44,097 bases of DNA. Source: Thermoanaerobaculales bacterium (GTDB lineage Bacteria > Acidobacteriota > Thermoanaerobaculia > Thermoanaerobaculales > Sulfomarinibacteraceae). Positions 1-7,980 of this stretch are shown here, one piece after another. The first letter of the stretch is position 1. Every line of letters begins with the position of its first letter. The stretch is taken from NCBI GenBank assembly GCA_029938595.1, contig JAOZUP010000001.1, positions 1,774 to 45,870 of the forward strand. The letters run 5' to 3'. The notes beneath the pieces are model-generated. The model was not told the origin of the DNA. It was given only the letters and a program-made list of their open reading frames with translations, and made no database searches. The position numbers were made by a program, and so were the translations under genes.

Positions 1-901
1 ACGGGAGGAACTTCGCGAGGTCCTGCGGCGTCGGGCATTCGATCCGGAGTTCCTTGCCCGTGGCCGGATGGGGGAGGGTGAGGGAGGCGGCGTGGAGCAG
101 GGGACGATTCGCCTCATCGGCTCGCTTCGAGCCGTACAACCGATCCCCGAGGACCGGGTGGCCGACGGCGGAGAGGTGGACTCGAACCTGGTGGGTTCGT
201 CCGGTGATCAGAAGACATCGGACGACACAGAGACCGCCGTGGAGTCGCGCCACAACCTGCACCTTGGTTCGCGCCGTCCTGCCGCTCTCGTGGCAGCGGA
301 AGCGCCACCGGTGGCCGCGGTCGCGGGCGATGGGCCGATCGATCTCGAAGCCGTCCGTGGTCGGATGGCCTTCCACGACGGCGAGGTAGGCCCGCTCGAC
401 CTGGCCCTCGGCCCAGGCCCGGGTCAGGGGAGCCAAGGCGCTCGAGTTGCGGGCGAAGAGCACTGCGCCGCTGGTGATACGGTCGAGACGGTGGAGCATC
501 CGCAGGAAGGGCCGTTGCCCGGTGCTGAGGGCGAGTGCGAGCAGCACCTGGTGATCGAAGGATGGATCGTCGGGCGATCGGTCCTCGGCCGGCTGGGAGA
601 GCACACCCGCCGGTTTTGCCGCGACCAAAAGAAACCGATCGTGAAAGAGAAGGTCCGGAGTCGTAATCTCGGGCAGTGGAGGCACCCCGAGCTCCTCGGC
701 GGGGCGAAGAACATCGACCACGTCACCGAGCGTGAGCGCCCGGGACTGAACCCGCAGAGGGTCACCGTTTCGCCGCACGAACCCGTCCGCCACCAGCCGT
801 CGTGCGGCGCGACGGCTGAGCTGGGTGGTTTCGGCTAGAAACACGTCGAGACGCTCACCCTGCCGATCTGGGCCAACCAAGAGCCGGGTGAAGTCGGTCA
901 C
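1..901 (-). CDS. RluA-family (RluD-like) pseudouridine synthase, 3' end runs off the window
   Basis: My own minus-strand translation. It is absent from the ORF track because no stop lies in the window. S4-like N-terminus: GERLDVFLAETTQLSRRAARRLVADGFVRRNG. Catalytic Asp motif: HRLDRITSGAAVLFARN. Conserved motif: GRTHQVRVHL. GTG start at 901-899 overlaps the TGA (900-898) of the upstream AAA gene. The listed + ORF 68..838 is its antisense shadow. Confidence 0.8.
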   Translation of the reverse strand, partial: MTDFTRLLVGPDRQGERLDVFLAETTQLSRRAARRLVADGFVRRNGDPLRVQSRALTLGDVVDVLRPAEELGVPPLPEITTPDLLFHDRFLLVAAKPAGVLSQPAEDRSPDDPSFDHQVLLALALSTGQRPFLRMLHRLDRITSGAVLFARNSSALAPLTRAWAEGQVERAYLAVVEGHPTTDGFEIDRPIARDRGHRWRFRCHESGRTARTKVQVVARLHGGLCVVRCLLITGRTHQVRVHLSAVGHPVLGDRLYGSKRADEANRPLLHAASLTLPHPATGKELRIECPTPQDLAKFLP

Positions 902-2370
902 ATTTCGGGCTTGGCCACCCGGGTGGCCGGCAGGGCTCGGGTGCGCGCCCATGAGCGGATGGCCTTCAGCTGCTCCTCCATGGTTCGAGACAGGGGGATG
1001 ATCTTGCTGAACGAGGACAGGAGGTCGTTCTGCGATACCTCTTCACCGCGCGCGTGGCCTGTGATTTTCGCCGAGACCACCGCCTGCTCGATTTCGGCGC
1101 CATTCCAGGTCCGGGTCGCCGAGGCGAGGAGGATCAGGTCGTACGTTGATGGGTCCATCCCGTTGCGCTGGAGGTGGATGGACATGATCTCCTTGCGCTC
1201 CTCGTCATTGGGAAGGTCGACGAAGAAGACCTGGTCGAACCTGCCCTTGCGCAAGATCTCCGCGGGCAGCAGATGGATGCGGTTGGCGGTTGCGGCGACG
1301 AAAACGTCCGCCCGGTGTTCCTGCATCCAGGTGAGGAAGGTCGAAAAGATGCGGGTATTGGATCCGGTCTCTCCCTCGTGGTACCCGGCGATTCCCATCT
1401 CGATCTCGTCGATCCAGAGAACCGCCGGCGACACCGACTCCACGGCCTCGAGAGCGCGGTGAAATATCCACTCCGCGGAACCCTGGACACCGGCGAAGAC
1501 CAGGTTCATGTCGAGGCGAAACAGCGGCAATCGCCACTCGTGGGCGATCACCTTGACGGCGAGGCTCTTTCCGCAGCCCGAGATGCCCATCATCAGCACG
1601 CCTCGCGGCCGGGGAAGTCCCTGGGCGCGGGCTTCCGGCAGGAAGAGGCTCGATCGCTCCTCGACCCAGTCCTTGAGCTGGTCTAGACCGCCGAGCTGAT
1701 TCAACGCCGGGTCAGGAGGGACGAACTCTAAAATCCCCTCCTTGCGAGTGATCTGTTCCTTCTCTTGGAGTACCTCGCTGAAGAACTCCTCGTCGAGGTC
1801 GGAGTGCTTCTCGAGCAGCCGCCGCAGGAGGTGCTCGGCCTCGGTGAGGGACATGCCCCTGAGTGATGAAACCAGCCGTCCGACGAACTGCGGGTCGATG
1901 TCGCGCCCGCCTAGCAGCGGGCCGACCAGGGCGGCAAGCTCGCTGTCATCCGGAAAGAGCGAGACCACCACATAGGTCAGAGGTTTGAGTGAGTCCGGGA
2001 GGTCGACGTTTTGCTGCAGCAGGAAGATGAAACGTCCGCTGTTTCGGATCTTGACGGCGATGTCCCGAAGCCGCCGGCAGATTCTGCGGTCATCGAGCAT
2101 GTCGCCGATGTCTTTGAGCAGGTACAGACCCTTCGGAGCATCCCGGCCGATCCACGCCAGGGCCTCCATGGGGTCGCAGTGGTTTTCCGACCCCTGATCG
2201 ATGAATCCGTCGACGCAGTTCCAGACGAACACCGGCAGCTCTTCCGGTTTGGCGGCAGCGGCAAAGCGATCGAGGAGCTGCTTCTGGCGTTCCTCCTCCG
2301 GACTCACCAGGAGGGTGATCGGATAGGCGGAGGCCAACGCCGTGCGGATCTGCTCGACGGTGCTGTGCAT
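898..2370 (-). CDS. AAA+ ATPase (single C-terminal classic AAA module, N-terminal non-ATPase domain)
   Basis: 490-aa ORF. Walker A: GISGCGKS. Walker B: VLWIDEIE. AAA second region of homology: ATANRIHLLPAEILRKGRFD. Confidence 0.85.
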   Translation of the reverse strand: MHSTVEQIRTALASAYPITLLVSPEEERQKQLLDRFAAAAKPEELPVFVWNCVDGFIDQGSENHCDPMEALAWIGRDAPKGLYLLKDIGDMLDDRRICRRLRDIAVKIRNSGRFIFLLQQNVDLPDSLKPLTYVVVSLFPDDSELAALVGPLLGGRDIDPQFVGRLVSSLRGMSLTEAEHLLRRLLEKHSDLDEEFFSEVLQEKEQITRKEGILEFVPPDPALNQLGGLDQLKDWVEERSSLFLPEARAQGLPRPRGVLMMGISGCGKSLAVKVIAHEWRLPLFRLDMNLVFAGVQGSAEWIFHRALEAVESVSPAVLWIDEIEMGIAGYHEGETGSNTRIFSTFLTWMQEHRADVFVAATANRIHLLPAEILRKGRFDQVFFVDLPNDEERKEIMSIHLQRNGMDPSTYDLILLASATRTWNGAEIEQAVVSAKITGHARGEEVSQNDLLSSFSKIIPLSRTMEEQLKAIRSWARTRALPATRVAKPEM

Positions 2371-2425
2371 GACAGCCTTATTGTAGCTTGTATTCCGCCG
2401 AAGACGGCGGGCAGGCCAGGTCGCT

Positions 2426-3130
2426 TCACTGCTGGCCGCGACCGAAATCGCGAACCGCCCGTCCTGCGCGGCGTACGGCGCTCGTCGTGCGCGGCTGCCA
2501 CGATTGGCGGGAGTGCCAAAGGACTACCACCATGGTGGCGGTGACGAGGGCGGCCGCCATCCAGGCTCCGGCCACTCGTGTGGACTCAACGGAGGTCGCG
2601 AGTCGCTCCATGTCGCCGGCGAACCACCAGCCCAGGCCGGACCAGACGCCGAGGTGGACAATAAGAGCGGCGAGATCGACGGCGGCAAATCGAGGCCACG
2701 GAATGCGCACCACACCGCAGGCCGCGAGCCAGGCGCCGCGGCCGAGCGGGAGGACCCGCGCAGGCACGAGCCCGAGCAGGGCACCGGGCGAGTCGGCGAG
2801 CCGCGCCGTGATCGTGCGGAAGCGGGCCTCGATGCGCGGAAAACGACCGAGCCGGGGGCGCAACCAACGCCCTCCGAGATAGACCACCTGGTCGGTCACG
2901 AAGTGGCTCACCACAACTGCGCCGAGAATCAGTGCCGCCGTTTGGGACGAGTGGCTGCGGGCCGCGAGAGCGCCCATGGCGACCATGAAAAGCTCCTCCG
3001 GAATCCAGTGACCGACGACACGGATGACCGGCGGCAGTGCGAGAGCGAGGATGACTGCGTGGGGTTCGAGCCAGGCGATGAGGTCGGCGATCTGTTCCAG
3101 CACGGGCTCGATTATAGCTGAATCCAACAA
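2426..3130 (-). CDS. DedA/VTT-domain-like integral membrane protein
   Basis: 234-aa ORF with multiple hydrophobic segments. The stretch LVPARVLPLGRGAWLAACGVVRIPWPRFAAVDL resembles the DedA re-entrant loop region. Family assignment is tentative. Confidence 0.5.
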   Translation of the reverse strand: MLDSAIIEPVLEQIADLIAWLEPHAVILALALPPVIRVVGHWIPEELFMVAMGALAARSHSSQTAALILGAVVVSHFVTDQVVYLGGRWLRPRLGRFPRIEARFRTITARLADSPGALLGLVPARVLPLGRGAWLAACGVVRIPWPRFAAVDLAALIVHLGVWSGLGWWFAGDMERLATSVESTRVAGAWMAAALVTATMVVVLWHSRQSWQPRTTSAVRRAGRAVRDFGRGQQ

Positions 3131-3156
3131 GCGCCGGTGTGAAAAGGGGACTAGGG

Positions 3157-3188
3157 GTTAGGAAGTTAGGAAGTTAGGAAGTTAGGAG
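3157..3188. repeat. Tandem octamer repeat (GTTAGGAA), about 4 copies
   Basis: Direct reading: gttaggaa gttaggaa gttaggaa gttaggag. The core TTAGGAA recurs in reverse orientation as a heptamer array at 42660-42693. Confidence 0.9.
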
Positions 3189-3198
3189 GTGAAGCATT

Positions 3199-3224
3199 GG
3201 AACGTTAAACGTTTGAACGTTTGG
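3199..3224. repeat. Cluster of three AACGTT palindromes
   Basis: Sequence ggaacgttaaacgtttgaacgtttgg. A related ggaacgttaaaacg occurs at 42612-42625 and gaacgttagacgtc at 3518-3531. Confidence 0.85.
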
Positions 3225-3242
3225 GGCGTGGGGCCGCCATTT

Positions 3243-3507
3243 CTGTCATCCTGAGCGAGCGAGTTCGACTCGGTTGCTCCGCTCCCTCGCTTCCATTGAC
3301 ATAGGTGGGACTGTCAGTCTGAGGGGGACCAAACCCGCCAGCTCGCTATCGGTATCGCTATCGGTATCGCTACCGAATGGCCGGATTGGCACGGGGCACA
3401 TCGATAGCGATTGCGATTCCGATAGCGATAGCGATCACGTGCCGGCCACCCGTTGGAAATTATTGTGTTGTCGGCCCGCACGGGCCCTGGATTGCTCGGG
3501 GTAGGGG
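3243..3507. repeat. About 265-bp palindromic (hairpin-forming) intergenic element with (GCGATA)n arms, REP/MITE-like
   Basis: Left end is ctgtcatcctgagc. The left arm gctcgctatcggtatcgctatcggtatcgctaccgaat pairs imperfectly with the right arm atcgatagcgattgcgattccgatagcgatagcgatcac (29/37 by hand). The right half 3395-3501 is the reverse complement of 43991-44097. Confidence 0.8.
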
Positions 3508-3522
3508 TGGAGCTTCAGAACG

Positions 3523-4323
3523 TTAGACGTCTGGATATCTGATACGCGGCGCGGCGTCGAGGAGCATCCTGGTGTAAGGGTGTTGCGGGCGTTCGAGCAC
3601 CTCGGCGGTTTGTCCGGTCTCCACGAACGATCCGTGGTGCATGACGGCGACCCGCTCGCACACCTCTCGCACGACCTCGATATCGTGCGAAATCAAGATC
3701 AACGACAGTTGATGGTGGCTGCGCAGATTGTTGATCAGATCGAGGATCTGCGCCTGAACCGAGACGTCGAGCGATGAAACCGGCTCGTCGAGGATCAGCA
3801 GCCGCGGTTTGGGCGCAAGTGCGCGGGCGATGGCGATGCGCTGTCGTTCGCCGCCCGAGAAGGCGTTGGGTCGCCGTTGTCCGGCGCCGGCCGGCAGTCC
3901 CACCTGCGCCAGCAGGTCAGCCACGCGCAACCGACGCTGTGAGCGGTCGCCGATGCGGTGCGCCGCCAACGGCTCGGCGATGATCGTCTCGACCCTGAGG
4001 CACGGGTCGAGAGAGGTGCTCGGATCCTGGAAGACGGCTTGAAATCCTCGGCGCAGGGGGCGGAGCCGTGCTTCCGATAGATGGCTGATGGGATGGTCCT
4101 CGAAGATCACCGACCCGCGATCCGGGCGCTCGAGGGCGAGGAGCAGCCGGGCCAGGGTGGATTTTCCGGAGCCCGACTCGCCGACAATGCCGACGGCCTC
4201 GCCGGGCGCCAGCGAAAGATCGACGCCGTTCACCGCTCTCAACCGCTCCCCTTGTCTTCGCCCGGGGTAGCTCCTGACGAGATCCCTGGCGACGAGAATA
4301 GGATCAGCCACGGATTTCTCCAC
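3523..4323 (-). CDS. oppF: ABC transporter ATP-binding protein, OppF/DppF type
   Basis: Walker A GESGSGKST, signature SGGERQRIAIARAL, Walker B LLILDEPVSSLD, and HPYTRMLL near the C-terminus. The ORF-track N-terminus (to 4587) overlaps the upstream gene in another frame. I place the start at GTG 4323 (or 4311), next to the oppD stop. Confidence 0.8.
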   Translation of the reverse strand: MEKSVADPILVARDLVRSYPGRRQGERLRAVNGVDLSLAPGEAVGIVGESGSGKSTLARLLLALERPDRGSVIFEDHPISHLSEARLRPLRRGFQAVFQDPSTSLDPCLRVETIIAEPLAAHRIGDRSQRRLRVADLLAQVGLPAGAGQRRPNAFSGGERQRIAIARALAPKPRLLILDEPVSSLDVSVQAQILDLINNLRSHHQLSLILISHDIEVVREVCERVAVMHHGSFVETGQTAEVLERPQHPYTRMLLDAAPRIRYPDV

Positions 4324-5296
4324 CCACCGGCTCCGCCAGCCTGCAGCGGACTCGGCGGCCTGGTGCGACCTGTTGTAGCGGGGGTTCTTCTTCGCTGCAC
4401 CCGGGCTCGGCGATCGGACAGCGGTGGCTGAAACGGCAACCGCGGACCGCCGGTTGCTTGAATGACGACACGGGATTTCGAAGCGAGGGGCTGAGATGCT
4501 TCCGGCGACCAGGCACCGAGCCGAGCAACATCTCGGTGTAGGGGTGGAGGGGCGAAGAAAACACGGCTTCGGTCGGTCCTTCCTCAATTACCCGCCCGGC
4601 GTACATCACAATCACCCGCTCGACAGCGCTCTCGACAACCAGCAGGTCGTGACTGATCAACAGGAGCGCCAATCCCTGCTCGCGGGTGAGCCGTTCGAGC
4701 AGCTCGATCACCTTCGCCTGGGTGACGACGTCGAGGGCCGAAGTGGGTTCATCGGCGATGAGTAGCTGCGGCCGGCCGGCCAGGGCGAGAGCCAGCATCA
4801 CCCGTTGTGCCTCCCCCCCAGAAAGCTCGTGCGGGTAGGCCCGGATGATGGTATCGGGTGAGTCCACCGCCACCTCGGCGAGCAGCGCGATGGCTCGGTC
4901 CAGCGCTTCGCGGCGCGTGACTCGATGGTGGCTGGAGACGGTTTCGGCGATCTGAAATCCAACCGTGTACACGGGGTTGATCGCCTCTGCCGCTTCCTGG
5001 AGAGCCAACCCGACCATGCCGCCGCGCAACCGGCAGAGCTCGTCCTGAGACGCCGACTGGACGTCGATTCCACCGGCTTTCGAAGATCCGCCCAGGACCC
5101 TCCCGGGATCCGGCACCAGCCCGAGAGATGCGAGCGCGGTCAGGCTCTTGCCGCTGCCCGATTCGCCCACCAGCCCCAACCTTTCACCGGCGGAGACCGT
5201 CAGCGAGACCGCTTCGACGGGGTGCGACCAGCCCCCAGCTGAGGACGGAAATCCGACCGTCAGGTCGTCCAACTCCAGGACGTAGTCAGGGCGCAT
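4304..5296 (-). CDS. oppD: ABC transporter ATP-binding protein, OppD/DppD type
   Basis: Walker A GESGSGKS, signature LSGGEAQRV, Walker B LLIADEPTSALD. The C-terminal oligopeptide/dipeptide-transporter extension carries Cys residues: GCRFSHRCPIAEPGC. Confidence 0.85.
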   Translation of the reverse strand: MRPDYVLELDDLTVGFPSSAGGWSHPVEAVSLTVSAGERLGLVGESGSGKSLTALASLGLVPDPGRVLGGSSKAGGIDVQSASQDELCRLRGGMVGLALQEAAEAINPVYTVGFQIAETVSSHHRVTRREALDRAIALLAEVAVDSPDTIIRAYPHELSGGEAQRVMLALALAGRPQLLIADEPTSALDVVTQAKVIELLERLTREQGLALLLISHDLLVVESAVERVIVMYAGRVIEEGPTEAVFSSPLHPYTEMLLGSVPGRRKHLSPSLRNPVSSFKQPAVRGCRFSHRCPIAEPGCSEEEPPLQQVAPGRRVRCRLAEPVGGEIRG

Positions 5297-6416
5297 AACG
5301 AAGGAGATCCACAGCGGTCACCGCCGGGTCCAACGCGGCGAAGAGGGTGGTTCGTTCGGGCGGGCGCCCCCAGCAGTGGAGGATCGTGTCGGCGGTGTCG
5401 AGGATCCCGTTGCCGTCGTCTCCGAGGAGAACGAACCAGTGGCTGCCGTGAACCAGGAGGTCGCCCGAGCTGACGTCGTTCTTCCATGCCAGAGGCCGGC
5501 CCCGACGGAGGATGCGATTGTCTGCTACGGACAGCCTCCCGAGAGGAGAGAGCCGGGCCGGGTCGAGGTCTGGCGAGCCGCTCACCGCGACCGCAGCAAG
5601 GGTCCAGGACGAAACCACGACCCGCTCGCTGACGAGCTCGGTGAATTGTCGGCCGAAAGCGGCGACCGTGACGTCATTCCATGAACCGTGTGAATCCTTC
5701 TCCGGTTCAAAGCCCGGAAGGCCAAAAAGTTCACCGGTGGTATGGTGCACCGATTCGGCAAGCTTGGCGGCCCGGAAAAGGGCCGGAAATTCCGGTTCGA
5801 AGAAGTGGCTGACATCGAGGGTGGTCACCGCCTGGAGAGGGCGCACCTTCTCGGCCTTTTCTGCCACCTCGACCCTTGCATACAGCCGGACAGTGCCCGC
5901 GCCCTCCGGGGCGACGACCGGCTGCCCGATATGGTCGTCGTTGTGGGTGTCCGGCATCCGTGCTGCGTGCAGACCCCGCCCCATCTCTGGCGCGAGATAG
6001 CTACGGTAAAGGAGGCGCTTTCCCGCGTTCTCGGCGGTGAGCTTTCCGCCGAGGTTGGTGCTCTCGATCGAGAACCAGAATACGCGGATGACGCGATCGT
6101 CATCCGGCCAGGAAGCCGTTTCGACGTGGGCGACCTCCACGCCATTGATCTCGAGCTCGCTGACCGGGGCCAACCAATGGTCGTCCCGACCTTGTCGCGT
6201 GACACGGATGGCGAGGGCCGCCTCGACCGTTTCCCCGGGGGCCGGATGGCGCGGGCCCTCGCGGAACACCGGGTCGCTCGCGATTGCGGTCACAACCCGC
6301 GCCTCGGCTAACACAGGTCTCCGCCTCTCCTGTTGGTGCCCAATAAAAAAGGGCAGAACGATCACCGCGGCAATGATGGCAAAGATCGCAAACGGCAGCT
6401 TCCAGTCAGAGGTCAT
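5286..6416 (-). CDS. Hypothetical protein with N-terminal membrane anchor
   Basis: Long ORF. Internal ATG at 6416 gives MTSDWKLPFAIFAIIAAVIVLPFFIG, a single TM or signal anchor. Its stop overlaps the oppD start by 11 nt. No recognisable catalytic motif. Confidence 0.55.
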   Translation of the reverse strand: MTSDWKLPFAIFAIIAAVIVLPFFIGHQQERRRPVLAEARVVTAIASDPVFREGPRHPAPGETVEAALAIRVTRQGRDDHWLAPVSELEINGVEVAHVETASWPDDDRVIRVFWFSIESTNLGGKLTAENAGKRLLYRSYLAPEMGRGLHAARMPDTHNDDHIGQPVVAPEGAGTVRLYARVEVAEKAEKVRPLQAVTTLDVSHFFEPEFPALFRAAKLAESVHHTTGELFGLPGFEPEKDSHGSWNDVTVAAFGRQFTELVSERVVVSSWTLAAVAVSGSPDLDPARLSPLGRLSVADNRILRRGRPLAWKNDVSSGDLLVHGSHWFVLLGDDGNGILDTADTILHCWGRPPERTTLFAALDPAVTAVDLLRYAP

Positions 6417-6445
6417 GGATGAATTGTAGCGCGCACCGATGGTTG

Positions 6446-6625
6446 AGTCCGCGTTTCTCACCGCCTCGCTACTGCGGCCCGCGATATGCCGCAATCTGCG
6501 GCGTTTTCTCGCCTCGGGGTACTCAACGTACTGCCAAGTATGTCTCCGCGCCCCTCATGCTCAAAAACGCCACATCTCACAACATTTCGCGGGCCTCGCA
6601 AAGCGACGCGGTGAGAAATGCGAGC
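6446..6625. repeat. About 180-bp imperfect palindrome (IR-A)
   Basis: Outer arms gtccgcgtttctcaccgcctcgc (6446-6468) and gcgacgcggtgagaaatgcgagc (6603-6625) are reverse complements at 19/23. Further partial complementarity continues inward (cgctactgcggcccgcga vs tcgcgggcctcgcaaagcg). Confidence 0.75.
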
Positions 6626-6626
6626 T

Positions 6627-6770
6627 AGTTCTCGTCCAGAAACGGCGCTTTTTGGCAATTTCATCGTCAGACGGCGGATTCCCTTGTGCGGCGTACTCGA
6701 GTACGCCTCCGCGGAAATCCTTGTCTTCCTGGAACTTGAACAAAAATCGCTCGTTTCTGGATCGAGAACT
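6627..6770. repeat. 144-bp nested imperfect palindrome (IR-B) centred on CTCGAG
   Basis: Perfect 18-bp palindrome ggcgtactcgagtacgcc at 6690-6707. The pairs ggattccc/ggaaatcc (6676-6683 / 6713-6720) and agttctcgtccagaaacggcg / cgctcgtttctggatcgagaact (6627-6647 / 6748-6770, 21 matches with two 1-nt bulges) are all concentric on 6698/6699. Confidence 0.85.
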
Positions 6771-6854
6771 GCGCAGTTCCCACCAGAGTTTCTGGATGGG
6801 AACGAGCTATCATCCGGTGGTGAACACGAAGCAGTTGGAAATAGGGGTTTTCGC

Positions 6855-7727
6855 ATGATGGACCCAATGGCGGGAGTCGTCGTGGTTCATTTTGGAAATC
6901 CCGAATCGACCCTGCGCTGCTTAGCCTCGGTTTCCGAGGATCCGTCGGAGGTGGAGCGACGCATAGCCGTGGTGGACAACTCGGGCAATTTCGACGCTCG
7001 GCGATGCGATCCCGGCGTCACGGTGGTCAGCTGCCCCGACAACCCGGGCTACGGAGCGGGCGCCAACGCGGGTCTTGTCGAGATCGACCAGGAACGAGAG
7101 TGCACCCTGTACCTTGTCCTCAACAACGACACGGTTATCTGCCCGGGCTTTCTGACCGCCGCGGCGCATGCGCTCGAGGTAGGGGTGGGAGCCGCGGGCG
7201 GACCGGTCCGCGACGCGACCGAACCGTCCCGCCTCTGGTACGCGGGCGGGGGCATTAACTTCGCCACCGGAACGGTGTGGCAGCGGCAGTCCGAGGCAGC
7301 TTCAAAGAGACGTCGTGATGTCGGCTTCATCCCCGCGACGGCGATGGCGGTTTTGCCGGCGGCCTGGCGGGCGGTGGGAGGGTTCGACCCCCGGTTCTTC
7401 CTTTACAACGAGGACGTGGACCTCTGTCTGCGTCTGCGGCGGACTGGATGGCGGTTGTTGTTCGAGCCTGGAATGATATGTGAGCATCGGCTCGGCGGCG
7501 CCACCGGTTCCAACGAACGGTCACCGCTGTATCTCGAGAATCTCACCCGGACCCGGCTCCTGCCGTTCAGATCGTGGCCTTACCGGCTCTACCTGGCGGG
7601 GCTCCACACCGCGTACAATTCTGCGCGCGTTCTCGGGCTCGGGCTGCAGTACGGATTCCGGTGCGGGCCGTACGTGTCGGCGGTGGCGCGAGGCCAATTT
7701 CATGCTCTGGAGACGGTGTTCGACTAG
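6855..7727 (+). CDS. Family 2 glycosyltransferase
   Basis: From ATG 6855: MMDPMAGVVVVHFGNPESTLRCLASV, then VVDNSGN, NPGYGAGANAGL, LNNDTV, YNEDVDLCLRLRRTGWRL. The track ORF start at 6618 runs through non-coding palindromes. Confidence 0.8.
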   Translation: MMDPMAGVVVVHFGNPESTLRCLASVSEDPSEVERRIAVVDNSGNFDARRCDPGVTVVSCPDNPGYGAGANAGLVEIDQERECTLYLVLNNDTVICPGFLTAAAHALEVGVGAAGGPVRDATEPSRLWYAGGGINFATGTVWQRQSEAASKRRRDVGFIPATAMAVLPAAWRAVGGFDPRFFLYNEDVDLCLRLRRTGWRLLFEPGMICEHRLGGATGSNERSPLYLENLTRTRLLPFRSWPYRLYLAGLHTAYNSARVLGLGLQYGFRCGPYVSAVARGQFHALETVFD

Positions 7728-7774
7728 GGAGTTTCTTGAGCGGGTTATGGCGATTGGGCATGCGATCGAGCGCC

Positions 7775-7908
7775 GAAGGCGCGACAGATTCATAGCCTGG
7801 GGCGTCAGCCCCAGGTGGCGAGTACCACAAGACCATGGAGCCCTGAAAGGGCGACAGATTGTGGCTGCGGCGTCAGCCGCGGCCACCATCTTCCGGTTGT
7901 CTGTCGCC
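7775..7908. repeat. Two degenerate tandem hairpin repeat units (REP-like) between convergent genes
   Basis: Unit 1 is gaaggcgcgacagattcatagcctggggcgtcagccccaggtgg. Unit 2 is gaaagggcgacagattgtggctgcggcgtcagccgcggccacc. Each has a GC stem around the loop cgtcag. An inverted gtctgtcgcc lies at 7899-7908. Confidence 0.75.
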
Positions 7909-7980
7909 GCTTCGCGGCTGGTCCGAGCCATTACGACGAAACGCGGGAGGTAACTGAGAGTGTGAGTTGGGGCGGTCGCC

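Noticed and set aside
68-838. 256-aa + strand ORF, the only long listed ORF at the left edge
   Set aside because: It is the antisense shadow of a minus-strand RluA-family gene whose translation shows HRLDRITSG and GRTHQVRVH. The + strand product is Gly/Arg/Glu-rich with no motifs.
3341-3440. Possible CRISPR array suggested by regularly spaced short repeats
   Set aside because: Units are 6-8 nt tandem repeats with no unique spacers, and the arms are mutually complementary. No cas genes are in the window.
3274-3504. 76-aa ORF with SLSVSLSVSL and DSDCDSDSDSD runs
   Set aside because: It is a translation of the (GCGATA)n palindromic repeat arms. The low-complexity product mirrors the DNA repeat period.
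4324-4587. N-terminal 88-aa extension of the oppF ORF
   Set aside because: It overlaps the oppD C-terminus in another frame and is Arg/Ser/Pro-rich. The conserved ABC N-terminus starts near GTG 4323.
6618-6854. N-terminal extension of the first GT2 ORF, and small ORFs 6439-6858(+), 6458-6856(-)
   Set aside because: They run through the twin palindromes and have no protein-like composition. The GT2 fold begins right after ATG 6855.
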